DNA from: Dehalococcoidia bacterium
Lineage (GTDB): Bacteria > Chloroflexota > Dehalococcoidia > Lucifugimonadales > JAGWBF01
Direction: 5' to 3'
Length of the DNA: 64,000 bases
Assembly (NCBI GenBank): GCA_965197405.1
Contig: OZ240206.1
Span: 1,408,179-1,472,178 of the forward strand
Under the pieces are notes generated by a model that was given only the letters and a program-made list of their open reading frames with translations, ran no database searches and had not been told where the DNA came from. Position 1 is the first letter of the stretch. The number at the start of each line of letters is the position of its first letter. This document shows positions 38,777 to 48,066 of the stretch, piece after piece. The translations under genes were made by a program, and so were the position numbers.

Positions 38777-38860
38777 TACAGGAGGTTGGACAAAGGGTAT
38801 TTTCATGGTAATGACGCGCGGCGAGGGCCTGTATGGAATAGGCGCTTCAGAGCATGAGGT

Positions 38861-38935
38861 TGGAGCGGGCGATGGGGATCGAACCCACGACAGCTAGCTT
38901 GGAAGGCTAGCGCTCTACCACTGAGCTACACCCGC
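38861..38935 (-). tRNA. tRNA-Gly (anticodon UCC), CCA encoded
   Basis: Reverse complement 'GCGGGTGTAGCTCAGTGGTAGAGCGCTAGCCTTCCAAGCTAGCTGTCGTGGGTTCGATCCCCATCGCCCGCTCCA' folds as a cloverleaf. Anticodon loop CTTCCAA. Confidence 0.9.
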
Positions 38936-39026
38936 TCTTTGGGATAGTGAATAGTTGATAGTGAACAGTGGATAGTTGTTTGATGGAGTCCCTATCCACT
39001 TCTCACTATCCACTATCCACTCCCCG

Positions 39027-41087
39027 CTAGCTGATGAGAGGCTCTACCTTGAGAAAGACGGGAGCGAACACCAGGGATACTATAGCCATCAGCTTGAGCA
39101 GGATGTTCAGGGAAGGGCCGGAGGTGTCTTTGAAGGGGTCGCCCACCACGTCGCCTTCCACCGCAGCCTTATGAGGGTCGGACCCCTTCCCCCCGTAGTG
39201 GCCGATCTCGATGTATTTCTTCGCGTTGTCCCAGGCCCCTCCCGCGTTGGCCATAGTTATCGCCAGGACAAAGCCTGCACCGACGGACCCCATGAGAAGA
39301 CCGCCCAGTGCCTGGGTCCCCAGGACGAACCCTATCACCAGGGGCGCGCCCACCGCTATGACTCCAGGAAGGATCATCTCCCGGAGGGCGCCACGGGTGC
39401 TAATATCCACGCAGCGGGCGTATTCCGGGCGGCCCGTACCCTCCATTATTCCCGGGATTTCCCGGAACTGCCTCCTAACTTCGTTGACGATGGAAAAGGC
39501 GGCCCTTCCCACAGCCCTCATAGTCATGGCGGAGAAGAGGAATGGGAGCATAGCGCCTATCAGCAGTCCGGCCAGCGTGGTGTGGTTCAGCAGGTTTATC
39601 TCCGACAGGTTAGCCGCCTGGCCGTAGGCCGCCAGCAGGGCGAGGGCGGTGAGGCCCGCAGAGCCGATGGCAAACCCTTTGCCGGTGGCGGCGGTGGTGT
39701 TGCCCAGCGCGTCCAGGGCGTCCGTGCGCTGCCGGACCTCCGGCGCCAGCTGGGCTTGCTCGGATATGCCCCCGGCGTTATCGGCCACGGGGCCGTAGGC
39801 ATCGGTCGCAAGGGTTATGCCCAGGGTGGACAGCATACCCACCCCGGCCAGGGCCACGCCGTAGAAACCGGCCAACTCAAAGGCGGCCAGAATTGCGCCG
39901 CCTATGATAAGCACCGGCATCACGGTGCTCTGCATTCCCGTCGCTATGCCGCTAATCATGGTGGTGGCAGCCCCGGTTTGCGCCGCCTCAGCCACTCGCT
40001 TGGTCGGACCATAGTTATAGGAGGTGTAATACTCGGTTATCACGCCTATTATGACCCCTGCACCCAGGCCGGCCACAATCGCCCAGAAGATGTCGAAGTT
40101 GCTGACCGTCGGGCCTATCAGACCATCCAGGTCGAGCCAGAACATTAGTCCCAGGGCAAAGACGACAACCAGTATGGCGGAGGCAAAGATGCCCCGCCGA
40201 AGCGCCCACAACAGCTCTCCAAAGCTGGCCCGCTCTCCACTCCTGACCAGGAAGGTGCCAATGATGGAGGCCACTATCCCAGCGCCGGCCAGAATTATCG
40301 GGAGAATGGCCACGTCGCTCTTCCAGTCCTGCCCCTCTACACTGGCCACCGCGGCGGCGGCCAGGGCTATGGCTGCTATGATGGAGCCTACATAGGACTC
40401 GAACAGGTCGGCCCCCATGCCGGCCACGTCGCCCACGTTGTCCCCCACGTTATCCGCTATCACCGCCGGGTTTCGCGGGTCATCCTCGGGAATGCCGGCT
40501 TCCACCTTGCCCACCAGGTCAGCGCCCACGTCGGCGGCCTTGGTAAAAATCCCGCCGCCCACCCTGGCAAACAGGGCTATGGTGGAGGCGCCCATGCCGA
40601 AGCCTATCACATAAGTTATGTCCTGAAAGATGACGAAGAGGATAATCACACCCAGGAGACCCACACCCACCACGGTTATCCCCATAACGGCGCCGCTGGA
40701 GAAGGCGACCCTCAGCGCGGGGTTCAGCCCCCTCATGGCGGCGGCGGTGGTCCTGACGTTGGCGCGTATAGCTACGTTCATGCCGATGAATCCGGCGGTA
40801 GCGGAGCAGAGGGTCCCGGCCAGGTACGCTATGGCAGTCCTGGGTATCCAGGAGCCGCCAGTGTACCAGTCTATCAGCAGCCACAGGGCGATAGCCACCA
40901 CGATGATGAAGGGCGCCAGGGTCATGTATTCCCGTCGAAGGAAGGCCAGAGCGCCTTCTTTGATAGCCTGTGCGATGGCCCTCATCCTGTTGTTCCCCTC
41001 GTCGCTCCTCAATACGCGCATGGTCAGAGCGACGGAGAAGAGGAGGGCTACGCCACCGATAATAGCGGCTATCACAATGGGCAGCAT
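39027..41087 (-). CDS. hppA: membrane-bound ion-translocating pyrophosphatase, K+-dependent subfamily by the 'GNTTAA' motif
   Basis: 686 aa and polytopic. '[20 protein letters not shown]', '[16 protein letters not shown]' and '[19 protein letters not shown]'. Confidence 0.9.
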   Translation of the reverse strand: MLPIVIAAIIGGVALLFSVALTMRVLRSDEGNNRMRAIAQAIKEGALAFLRREYMTLAPFIIVVAIALWLLIDWYTGGSWIPRTAIAYLAGTLCSATAGFIGMNVAIRANVRTTAAAMRGLNPALRVAFSSGAVMGITVVGVGLLGVIILFVIFQDITYVIGFGMGASTIALFARVGGGIFTKAADVGADLVGKVEAGIPEDDPRNPAVIADNVGDNVGDVAGMGADLFESYVGSIIAAIALAAAAVASVEGQDWKSDVAILPIILAGAGIVASIIGTFLVRSGERASFGELLWALRRGIFASAILVVVFALGLMFWLDLDGLIGPTVSNFDIFWAIVAGLGAGVIIGVITEYYTSYNYGPTKRVAEAAQTGAATTMISGIATGMQSTVMPVLIIGGAILAAFELAGFYGVALAGVGMLSTLGITLATDAYGPVADNAGGISEQAQLAPEVRQRTDALDALGNTTAATGKGFAIGSAGLTALALLAAYGQAANLSEINLLNHTTLAGLLIGAMLPFLFSAMTMRAVGRAAFSIVNEVRRQFREIPGIMEGTGRPEYARCVDISTRGALREMILPGVIAVGAPLVIGFVLGTQALGGLLMGSVGAGFVLAITMANAGGAWDNAKKYIEIGHYGGKGSDPHKAAVEGDVVGDPFKDTSGPSLNILLKLMAIVSLVFAPVFLKVEPLIS

Positions 41088-41183
41088 GGTAAGACTCCGA
41101 AAATGGACTTGCTACTAGACGTTAAGCTATGAGAAGCTATCACACATGCCTCAGGCTGTCAAGGGAACCATCATGCCGCAACT

Positions 41184-41270
41184 CTAAGAGGGTGTGTGAC
41201 AAGGTATGAGCGCACTTCCTCTCCCTCGACGGGATAGGGGGGAGAAGGAACTTTTTACACACCCTCTAAC
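41184..41270. repeat. MITE-like palindromic repeat, family 2 (TTAGAGGGTGTGT termini)
   Basis: 'ctaagagggtgtgtgac...cctctccctcgacggg...acacaccctctaac'. Homologous, in inverted orientation, to 44601-44766. Confidence 0.6.
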
Positions 41271-41397
41271 ATAAGGGTTGAATGTAAGCTTGCCATCGTA
41301 TGGGGCTGCGAGTATCATATAGCCGACGTTACTCTTGCATTTTGCAATTAACTCCTGTGTCCGGCATTCTACCGGGGGCCGCTGGAAGGATGAGGCT

Positions 41398-42342
41398 ATG
41401 ACCAACAAGCGACGGGATATTTCCCACGTGTATGCCGGCAACCCGCTGGACAGGGGTGACCGCGAGCGCCGTGATGAAAAGTGGCTCAGCGATAAAGCCA
41501 GGGACCCCGGAAGCAGGTTCCTGCCGCTGTGGGACCTGAACGTTCTCGTATCCGAAGAGCCAGGGCATGGCCTGGGGTGGCTGGACGTAGCCGACTTGGA
41601 CCGGCTCGGCATCGAGACTGCCCCGATATTTTTGGGGCTGCAGGGCCAGGCGACCTTTTTCGCCGTAGACGTATCCAAGAATGACCTCGCAGTCCAGGAG
41701 CTGCGTGAGAGCGGGAGATGGAGGTTCCAGGATGCCAGGTCCGTTACAGAGGTGCTCAGCGGGCCGGACTCCGGGATAGTCGCACAGGCGCGGTCGCAGG
41801 TCAACTGGCATAGCCGCAACGGGTTTTGCTCTATGTGCGGGCACGAGACCTCGGTGAGACGCGGGGGGCAGGTGCGGTACTGCTCCAAATGCGATACGGA
41901 GCACTTCCCACGCACCGACCCCGTGGTTATCACCCTGGTGTCCCATGAAGACCGCTGCCTGCTGGGCCAGTCCCGCGGGCGGCTCTACGGCATGAAGATG
42001 TACTCCGCCCTGGCCGGATTCGTGGACCAGGGGGAATCAATCGAGGAAGCCGTGACCAGAGAAATAATGGAGGAGGCGGGAATCAAGATAAAGAATATCC
42101 GTTACCACTCCTCCCAACCCTGGCCATTTCCCTGGTCGCTCATGATAGGCTGCCATGCCGATGCGGTGACGACGGATATTTCAATGGACGTCGAGGAGAT
42201 GGCTGACGTGCGCTGGTTCCAGCAGGAGGAGGTCCTCCTGGCCCTGGAAGGAAAGAGTGAAGAGCTAATGGTCCCCGGACGGATTGCCATCGCCCACCAC
42301 TTGATTAAAGCCTGGGCAACCGGGACCATTGACGGCTCGTAG
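41398..42342 (+). CDS. nudC: NAD(+) diphosphatase (NADH pyrophosphatase)
   Basis: Zinc ribbon 'CSMCGHETSVRRGGQVRYCSKC', Nudix box 'GFVDQGESIEEAVTREIMEEAGI' and NudC signature 'SQPWPFPWS'. ATG at 41398 preferred. Confidence 0.85.
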   Translation: MTNKRRDISHVYAGNPLDRGDRERRDEKWLSDKARDPGSRFLPLWDLNVLVSEEPGHGLGWLDVADLDRLGIETAPIFLGLQGQATFFAVDVSKNDLAVQELRESGRWRFQDARSVTEVLSGPDSGIVAQARSQVNWHSRNGFCSMCGHETSVRRGGQVRYCSKCDTEHFPRTDPVVITLVSHEDRCLLGQSRGRLYGMKMYSALAGFVDQGESIEEAVTREIMEEAGIKIKNIRYHSSQPWPFPWSLMIGCHADAVTTDISMDVEEMADVRWFQQEEVLLALEGKSEELMVPGRIAIAHHLIKAWATGTIDGS

Positions 42343-42422
42343 CGCTGAACGCATCGGGTGTCCCTTTTTGATAGACGCCCGGGCAATAAATTACAATGAG
42401 AATAACCTGCATCCCCTCTGAT

Positions 42423-42517
42423 GTCATTCCGAGCGCAGCGAGGAATCTAAAAATCCACGCTCTCGGATAAGCCTGCGCTTGAGATTCCTCACTCCGCTTC
42501 GCTCCGTTCGGAATGAC
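42423..42517. repeat. MITE-like palindromic repeat, family 1, short copy
   Basis: 'gtcattccgagcgcagcgaggaatctaaaaatc...gagattcctcactccgcttcgctccgttcggaatgac'. Confidence 0.7.
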
Positions 42518-42622
42518 ATGGGGTAGGAGCCTGTATTACCTGAAAATAGTGGGGGCATCGCTCTTGATGTGGCCTGGCAAGGCCATCCACAGCTACAATG
42601 CAATAGCCGGTGAGGGTGAAGA

Positions 42623-42784
42623 ATGGCGAGAAGCAACTGGTACACCGAGCACCCCCCTGCATGTACTTGCTCTTTTTGCCAGGACAGGCGGACTATACTC
42701 CGCCAACAGGGTCGGAAGATAGGCCGGAACGAGAAGTGTCCCTGTGGAAGTGGCAAGAAGTACAAGAGATGTCACGGGGTATGA
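42623..42784 (+). CDS. small SEC-C motif protein (53 aa), below the ORF-track length cutoff
   Basis: My own translation: '[53 protein letters not shown]'. The C-terminal '[13 protein letters not shown]' is the SEC-C metal-binding motif. A purine-rich RBS lies upstream. Confidence 0.5.
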   Translation: MARSNWYTEHPPACTCSFCQDRRTILRQQGRKIGRNEKCPCGSGKKYKRCHGV

Positions 42785-42857
42785 GGGGCCTTGCGGCGGT
42801 GCTATGTTTGCCCCGATAGCTCGATTGCTTGATCTACTTTGAGAAGGGGGTTCGAAG

Positions 42858-44585
42858 GTGGCAGAATATGACGTTCTCATAAAGGGAGGCACAATCGTTG
42901 ACGGGACCCGCACCCCCCGATATGTGGGGGATTTGGCCGTCAAGGACGGGAGAATCGCACAGATTGGCGGGCTGCGCGGCAGCCGGGCCGCCAAAGTGAT
43001 AGACGCGTCGGGGCTCGTGGTCGCCCCCGGCTTCGTGGACCTCCATACCCACTACGACGCTCAGATTCAGTGGGACCCATACTGCACCATGTCTTGCTGG
43101 CATGGCGTGACCTCCGTGGCCATCGGCAACTGCGGCTTCGGGTTCGCTCCCTGCCGCCCCGAGGACCAGCAGGCGGCGATGCTGTCGCTGACCCGCAACG
43201 AAGCCATACCCTTCGAGGCCATGGACGCCGGGATGCTGTGGGACTGGGTGACCTTCCCCGAGTTTCTCGATAGCCTCGATCGCGTTCCGAAGGGACTGAA
43301 CGTGCTCAGCTATGTCCCCCTGACGCCCCTGTACGTCTGGGTGATGGGCATGGAAGCGGCCAAGAGGAGGCGGCCAAACAGGGAGGAGATGAAGGAGATG
43401 GCCCGGCTGGTGCATGAAGGGATGGATGCCGGAGCATGTGGCTGGTCCGCCCAGGTCTTCGGCCCCAACTCCGCCCAGCGGGACTACGACGGTACGCCCA
43501 TGATCACGGACCTGATGACCCATGAGGAGATTCTTACCTTTGCCCAGGTGCTGGGCGAGCGGGACGAGGGCTTCATAGAGCTGGCCTACCAGGAGAATGA
43601 CAAAGAGGGCCGGCTTATGAGAGAGTCCACGTTCAAGCTCTTCGAGCGAGTGGCGGAGGTGAGCGGCCGGCCCGTCCTCTACCAGATTATCCAGGCCATC
43701 GCCGACGAGCCGGAGCACCACCGGGGGATAATTCGCTGGCTCGAGGACTGCAACCGGAGAGGTCTGAGGGTGTATGGACAGGGCGAGACACATAAGGGCG
43801 GCTTTGAGTTTACCCTGCGAGACTGGAACCTGTTCGACACCAGCCCGGCCTGGCGGGAGGTGACCGTTGGGACGCCCGAAGAGCGCAAGGAGAAGATGCA
43901 GGACCCGGAGCACCGGAGAAGGCTGCGCGCCGAGTGGGACAGTGGCGTTAAACCCGGACTAGGCGTCGTATCCGGGTCTCTGGAGGGCCTGGTTGTTGAG
44001 GAAGTGGGCCGGCGGGAGCTGGAGCGCTACGTGGGTCAAAGGGTTGGAGAGATTGCAGCCAGCGAGGGTAAGCACGTCGTTGACGCCGTGCTCGACATAG
44101 CGGTGGAGGACGACCTGCGGACCGAGTTCTACGCCCTGCACCTTCGCAACAATCCCCAGTATACCGGGGAGCTGGTGCAGTCGCCCTACGTGATTCCCGG
44201 CACGTCCGACGGAGGGGCGCACGTCAAGTTTGCCACCTTCGGACGGTTCCCGACGGAGATACTGGTCTGGCTGGTCCGGGATACGGAAGCAGTGAGCCTG
44301 GAGCAGGCACACTACGCCCTGAGCTACCTACCCGCCTTCTTCGGTGGGTTCCAGGACAGGGGATTCCTGCGTGAAGGCGCACCGGCGGATATAATCGTAT
44401 ACGACTTGGAGGGGCTGAAGATGCTTCCCAGCGAGGTTGTCCACGACTTCCCCGGCAATGCGTGGCGGCGGGTGCAGAGGGCCGAGGGATACCGCTGGAT
44501 TATGGTGAATGGCGAAGTGACCTTCGAGGATGGAAATCCAACGGGGGCGCTACCCGGCAGGCTCTTGCGCCACGGTCGCGGCTAG
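42858..44585 (+). CDS. N-acyl-D-amino-acid deacylase (D-aminoacylase) family amidohydrolase
   Basis: 'YDVLIKGGTIVDGTRTP...DGRIAQIG...IDASGLVVAPGFVDLHTHYD'. GTG start. Confidence 0.8.
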   Translation: MAEYDVLIKGGTIVDGTRTPRYVGDLAVKDGRIAQIGGLRGSRAAKVIDASGLVVAPGFVDLHTHYDAQIQWDPYCTMSCWHGVTSVAIGNCGFGFAPCRPEDQQAAMLSLTRNEAIPFEAMDAGMLWDWVTFPEFLDSLDRVPKGLNVLSYVPLTPLYVWVMGMEAAKRRRPNREEMKEMARLVHEGMDAGACGWSAQVFGPNSAQRDYDGTPMITDLMTHEEILTFAQVLGERDEGFIELAYQENDKEGRLMRESTFKLFERVAEVSGRPVLYQIIQAIADEPEHHRGIIRWLEDCNRRGLRVYGQGETHKGGFEFTLRDWNLFDTSPAWREVTVGTPEERKEKMQDPEHRRRLRAEWDSGVKPGLGVVSGSLEGLVVEEVGRRELERYVGQRVGEIAASEGKHVVDAVLDIAVEDDLRTEFYALHLRNNPQYTGELVQSPYVIPGTSDGGAHVKFATFGRFPTEILVWLVRDTEAVSLEQAHYALSYLPAFFGGFQDRGFLREGAPADIIVYDLEGLKMLPSEVVHDFPGNAWRRVQRAEGYRWIMVNGEVTFEDGNPTGALPGRLLRHGRG

Positions 44586-44600
44586 AAATATAGTTCGCTT

Positions 44601-44766
44601 CTTAGCAGGGTGGTTAAAAGGTCCCTTCTCTCCTGGCGGAAGAAGGTTAGAGCCTGCCCTGAGCCCAGCTGAAGAGATGCGGGGACGCCATCGCATCACC
44701 CTCACCTCAATCCTCTCCCGTCGAGGGAGAGGAAGTGTCCCCGTACCTTATTAGACACCCTCTTAG
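44601..44766. repeat. MITE-like repeat, family 2, longer copy with a ~75-nt internal insert
   Basis: Termini 'cttagcagggtgg' and 'gacaccctcttag'. The core 'tcctctcccgtcgagggagaggaagtg' is shared with 41184-41270. Confidence 0.55.
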
Positions 44767-44939
44767 ACGCTTTGGCCGCACGATTAGGGTGGCACGGCTA
44801 AACCGTCAGTCGTGTACCGTCACAGGGTCCCGTCACCACTCCCAAACCGGACTCGCTAGACTCCCGGCTTGGAAGTTACTAGCTATGATCGGTTCGCCCG
44901 GTTCGTAGTCGTTCCCCTATTCCTATCCCTACGTTTGTA

Positions 44940-44968
44940 TTGTACATTCGGATGAACATTGCTATAGT
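44940..44968 (+). promoter_or_regulatory. possible promoter of the type I R-M operon
   Basis: TTGTAC (44940-45), a 17-nt spacer containing the direct repeat ACATT...ACATT, then TATAGT (44963-68). GGGAGGAG RBS before GTG 45004. Confidence 0.35.
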
Positions 44969-45003
44969 CGAACCCCGTGCATTAATCCTGGGAGGAGCGG
45001 CCT

Positions 45004-45369
45004 GTGGTCAAGAGAGCGAGATTCGATCGCGACGCCTTTTACGCCGCCCTTGACGGGGAGAGGCAAGCACGCCAATGCACCTGGAGGCGAGTAGCTGAAG
45101 AAAGCGGGGTGAGCGCTTCCACACTGACTCGCATCTCTCAAGGCAAGCGGCCTGACGTGGACAGCCTTGCCGCCTTATCAGCCTGGTCAGGACTGGACGT
45201 AGACAGGTTCGTCAAAGGCGGTCCTTCCAGGAAGGAGCCGGAGCCTCTGGCGATGATTTCATCGTGCCTCCGGTCTGATCCTCGGTTGAATGAGAAGGCC
45301 GCCACTGCTCTGGACCAGATGGTGAAGGCAGCGTATAAGAGCATGAGCAGTCCAGAGAGAACTGTATGA
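45004..45369 (+). CDS. XRE-type HTH protein, possible controller of the R-M operon
   Basis: 'WRRVAEESGVSASTLTRISQGKRPDVDSLAALSAWSGLD'. Its stop overlaps the hsdM start (ATGA). Confidence 0.6.
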   Translation: MVKRARFDRDAFYAALDGERQARQCTWRRVAEESGVSASTLTRISQGKRPDVDSLAALSAWSGLDVDRFVKGGPSRKEPEPLAMISSCLRSDPRLNEKAATALDQMVKAAYKSMSSPERTV

Positions 45370-47330
45370 GCGCCCTTAACATCAGCAGCTTCATATGGGG
45401 CATCGCGGACGACGTTCTGCGCGATGTCTATGTCCGGGGCAAGTATCGCGACGTCATCCTGCCCATGACAGTCATCCGCCGCCTTGACGCGGTGCTGGAA
45501 CCGGCAAAGGAAGCGGTGCTCCGCATGAAGCAGCAGATGGACGCCGCCGGTATCACCAACCAGGACCGGGCGCTGCGCCAGGCCTCCGGCGAGGCCTTCT
45601 ACAACACCTCCTCCTTCCGGCTCCGTGACCTGACCTCTATCGGCCAGCAGCAGAGGCTCCGGGCCGACTTCGAGGCGTACCTCGACGGCTTCTCGCCCAA
45701 CATCCAGGAGGTCCTGGAGAAGTTCGAGTTCCGCAACCAGATTCCCAGGCTGGTCGAGACGCATGCGCTGGGGTTCCTGCTGGAGAAGTTCCTCGACAAG
45801 TCGATCAACCTCAGCCCCCGGCCCGTTCTGAACGGAGACGGCTCCGTGCGTCTGGAGGGCCTCGACAACCACGGCATGGGCACCGTCTTCGAAGAGCTCA
45901 TCCGGCGCTTCAACGAGGAGAACAACGAGGAGGCCGGGGAGCACTTCACCCCGCGCGACGTGGTGCAGCTCATGGCCCGCCTCGTCTTCCTGCCGGTTGC
46001 CGATGAGATCAGGCCCGCCACCTACCTGGTCTATGACGGCGCGTGTGGCACCGGCGGGATGCTGACGGTCGCGGAGGAGACGCTGACGCGGCTGGCCGGC
46101 GAGCAGGACAAGGAAGTGTCTGTCCACCTGTACGGCCAGGAGGTGAACCCTGAGACCTACGCCATCAGCAAGGCCGACCTCATCCTGAAGGGAGAAGGCG
46201 TCGAGGCTGACAATATGCAGTTCGGCTCCACCCTCTCCTCCGACGCCTTCCCAGCCCGAGAGTTCGACTTCATGCTCTCCAATCCGCCCTACGGCAAGAG
46301 TTGGAAGAGCGACCTGGAGCGCATGGGCGGCAAGTCCGGCATCACGGACCCGCGCTTCGTCGTGGAGCACGGCGGCAACCCGGAACACTCCCTCATCACT
46401 CGCTCCAGCGACGGCCAGATGATGTTCCTGGCAAACATGCTCAGCAAGATGAAGCACGACAACCAAATGGGCAGCCGCATCGCCGAGGTGCACAACGGCA
46501 GCTCCCTCTTCACCGGCGACGCCGGGCAGGGCGAGAGCAACATCCGCCGCTGGATCATCGAGAACGACTGGCTGGAGGCTATCGTTGCCCTGCCGCTCAA
46601 CATGTTCTACAACACCGGCATCGCCACCTACATCTGGGTGCTCAGCAACCGCAAGCCGGAGCATCGCCGGGGCCAGGTGCAGCTGATAGACGCCACCCAG
46701 TGGTACAGGCCGCTGCGCAAGAACCTGGGCAGCAAGAACTGCGAGTTGTCCGACGAGGACATCCGGCGCATCTGCGACGCTTTCCTCGCCTTCGAGGAGA
46801 CGGAGCAGTCGAAGATATTCCCCAACGAGGCCTTCGGCTACTGGAAGGTTACCGTGGAGCGCCCGTTGCGATTACACGGGATTGACCCTGAACGGGCCTA
46901 CACCGCCAAGGAGATCAAGACCCTCAGGGACGAGGCCGAGCGTTCGGAGACCGCGCCGCCTGTTATCAGGCGAGTCCACAAGACGGGCACACAGCCGGAC
47001 CCGCTTCGCGGCCTGTTCCCGGTTACGCTCGACGGCAGGGAAGCCGTGGTGGAGTATGAGCCGGACACCGACCTGCGTGACACCGAGCAGGTGCCGCTTC
47101 TCCACGAAGGCGGCACCGAAGCCTTCCTCCGCCGGGAGGTGCTTCCCTACGCCCCGGACGCCTGGTACGCCCCGGACAGCGTGAAGGTCGGCTACGAGAT
47201 CAGCTTCACCCGCCACTTCTACAAATCCCAACCGTTGCGACCCCTGGAGGAGATACGGGCCGACATCCTCGCGCTGGAGCGGGAGACGGAGGGGCTGCTG
47301 GCGGAGATTGTTGGAGATGGAAGACTGTGA
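45366..47330 (+). CDS. hsdM: type I restriction-modification methyltransferase subunit
   Basis: 'YDGACGTGGML' (motif I) and 'MLSNPPYGKSW' (motif IV). N-terminal HsdM helical domain. Confidence 0.9.
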   Translation: MSALNISSFIWGIADDVLRDVYVRGKYRDVILPMTVIRRLDAVLEPAKEAVLRMKQQMDAAGITNQDRALRQASGEAFYNTSSFRLRDLTSIGQQQRLRADFEAYLDGFSPNIQEVLEKFEFRNQIPRLVETHALGFLLEKFLDKSINLSPRPVLNGDGSVRLEGLDNHGMGTVFEELIRRFNEENNEEAGEHFTPRDVVQLMARLVFLPVADEIRPATYLVYDGACGTGGMLTVAEETLTRLAGEQDKEVSVHLYGQEVNPETYAISKADLILKGEGVEADNMQFGSTLSSDAFPAREFDFMLSNPPYGKSWKSDLERMGGKSGITDPRFVVEHGGNPEHSLITRSSDGQMMFLANMLSKMKHDNQMGSRIAEVHNGSSLFTGDAGQGESNIRRWIIENDWLEAIVALPLNMFYNTGIATYIWVLSNRKPEHRRGQVQLIDATQWYRPLRKNLGSKNCELSDEDIRRICDAFLAFEETEQSKIFPNEAFGYWKVTVERPLRLHGIDPERAYTAKEIKTLRDEAERSETAPPVIRRVHKTGTQPDPLRGLFPVTLDGREAVVEYEPDTDLRDTEQVPLLHEGGTEAFLRREVLPYAPDAWYAPDSVKVGYEISFTRHFYKSQPLRPLEEIRADILALERETEGLLAEIVGDGRL

Positions 47331-47373
47331 AGCGAGTGTTGCCAAAATGCACACATAGTGCGATAATAGTTAT

Positions 47374-47661
47374 GTGAACATTGCCTTTGACTGGAGCACT
47401 GAGAAGAACCGGCAACTCATTGAGCAGCGGGGAATTTCGTTTGAGGGCATCGTATCCGCCATAGAGCAAGGTGGGCTTCTGGATGTGCTGGAACACCTGA
47501 ACCAGGGCCGCTATCCGGGGCAACAGGTCTACGTTGTCGCAGTGCAGGAATACATTCACCTTGTGCCGTTCGTGATACAGGGAGACGGCGCCCGTTTTCT
47601 CAAGACGATTATCCCCAGCCGGAAGGCAACAAGAGATTATTGGAGGATGCGGCCATCATGA
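47374..47661 (+). CDS. brnT: BrnT-family (DUF497) toxin
   Basis: 'FDWSTEKNRQLIEQRGISFEGIV...IIPSRKATRDY'. GTG start. Confidence 0.65.
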   Translation: MNIAFDWSTEKNRQLIEQRGISFEGIVSAIEQGGLLDVLEHLNQGRYPGQQVYVVAVQEYIHLVPFVIQGDGARFLKTIIPSRKATRDYWRMRPS

Positions 47662-47933
47662 ACGATACAATGGACACGGAGGAGCGGGACATTCTGAGCC
47701 GATTTGAAATGGGCGAGTTGCGCCCGTCTCCCGACGCTACCCGTGAGATCAAGGCGGCGCAAGAAGCGGCGCGTAACACTTTCAACAAGACCCGGCGAGT
47801 AAACCTACGCGTAACCGAGCGCGACTATATGCTGGCGCATACGCGGGCCAGGGAAGAGGGGATACCCTACCAGACACTGCTGTCCAGCGTCATCCACAAG
47901 TACCTGTCGGGCAGATTGGCCGAGAAGGGGTAA
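47658..47933 (+). CDS. brnA: BrnA/CopG-like antitoxin
   Basis: 'VNLRVTERDYMLAHTRAREEGIPYQTLLSSVIHKYLSGRL'. The ATG overlaps the brnT stop (ATGA). Confidence 0.65.
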   Translation: MNDTMDTEERDILSRFEMGELRPSPDATREIKAAQEAARNTFNKTRRVNLRVTERDYMLAHTRAREEGIPYQTLLSSVIHKYLSGRLAEKG

Positions 47934-47935
47934 TG

Positions 47936-48046
47936 GGCATCCTGGCGCTGGAGCGGGAGACGGAGGGGCTGTTGGGGGAGATTGTGGGGGACCTCGACGG
48001 GCCTTCACGCAACAAAGACAAGTTTTACGGTAATGTGGTATGCTAG
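47936..48046 (+). repeat. relic second copy of the hsdM 3' end
   Basis: 47936-47995 aligns with 47261-47320 at roughly 50 of 57 positions by eye ('ILALERETEGLLGEIVGD' versus 'ILALERETEGLLAEIVGD'). It then continues to a TAG at 48044-46. Confidence 0.7.
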
Positions 48047-48066
48047 GCTCCTCAGGAGGGGATGCG

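Noticed and set aside
38861-38935. tRNA-Gly as the attachment site of an integrated island.
   Set aside because: I found no duplicated copy of the tRNA 3' end elsewhere in the window by eye, and no integrase gene nearby. The neighbouring sequence is repeat families and housekeeping genes (hppA).
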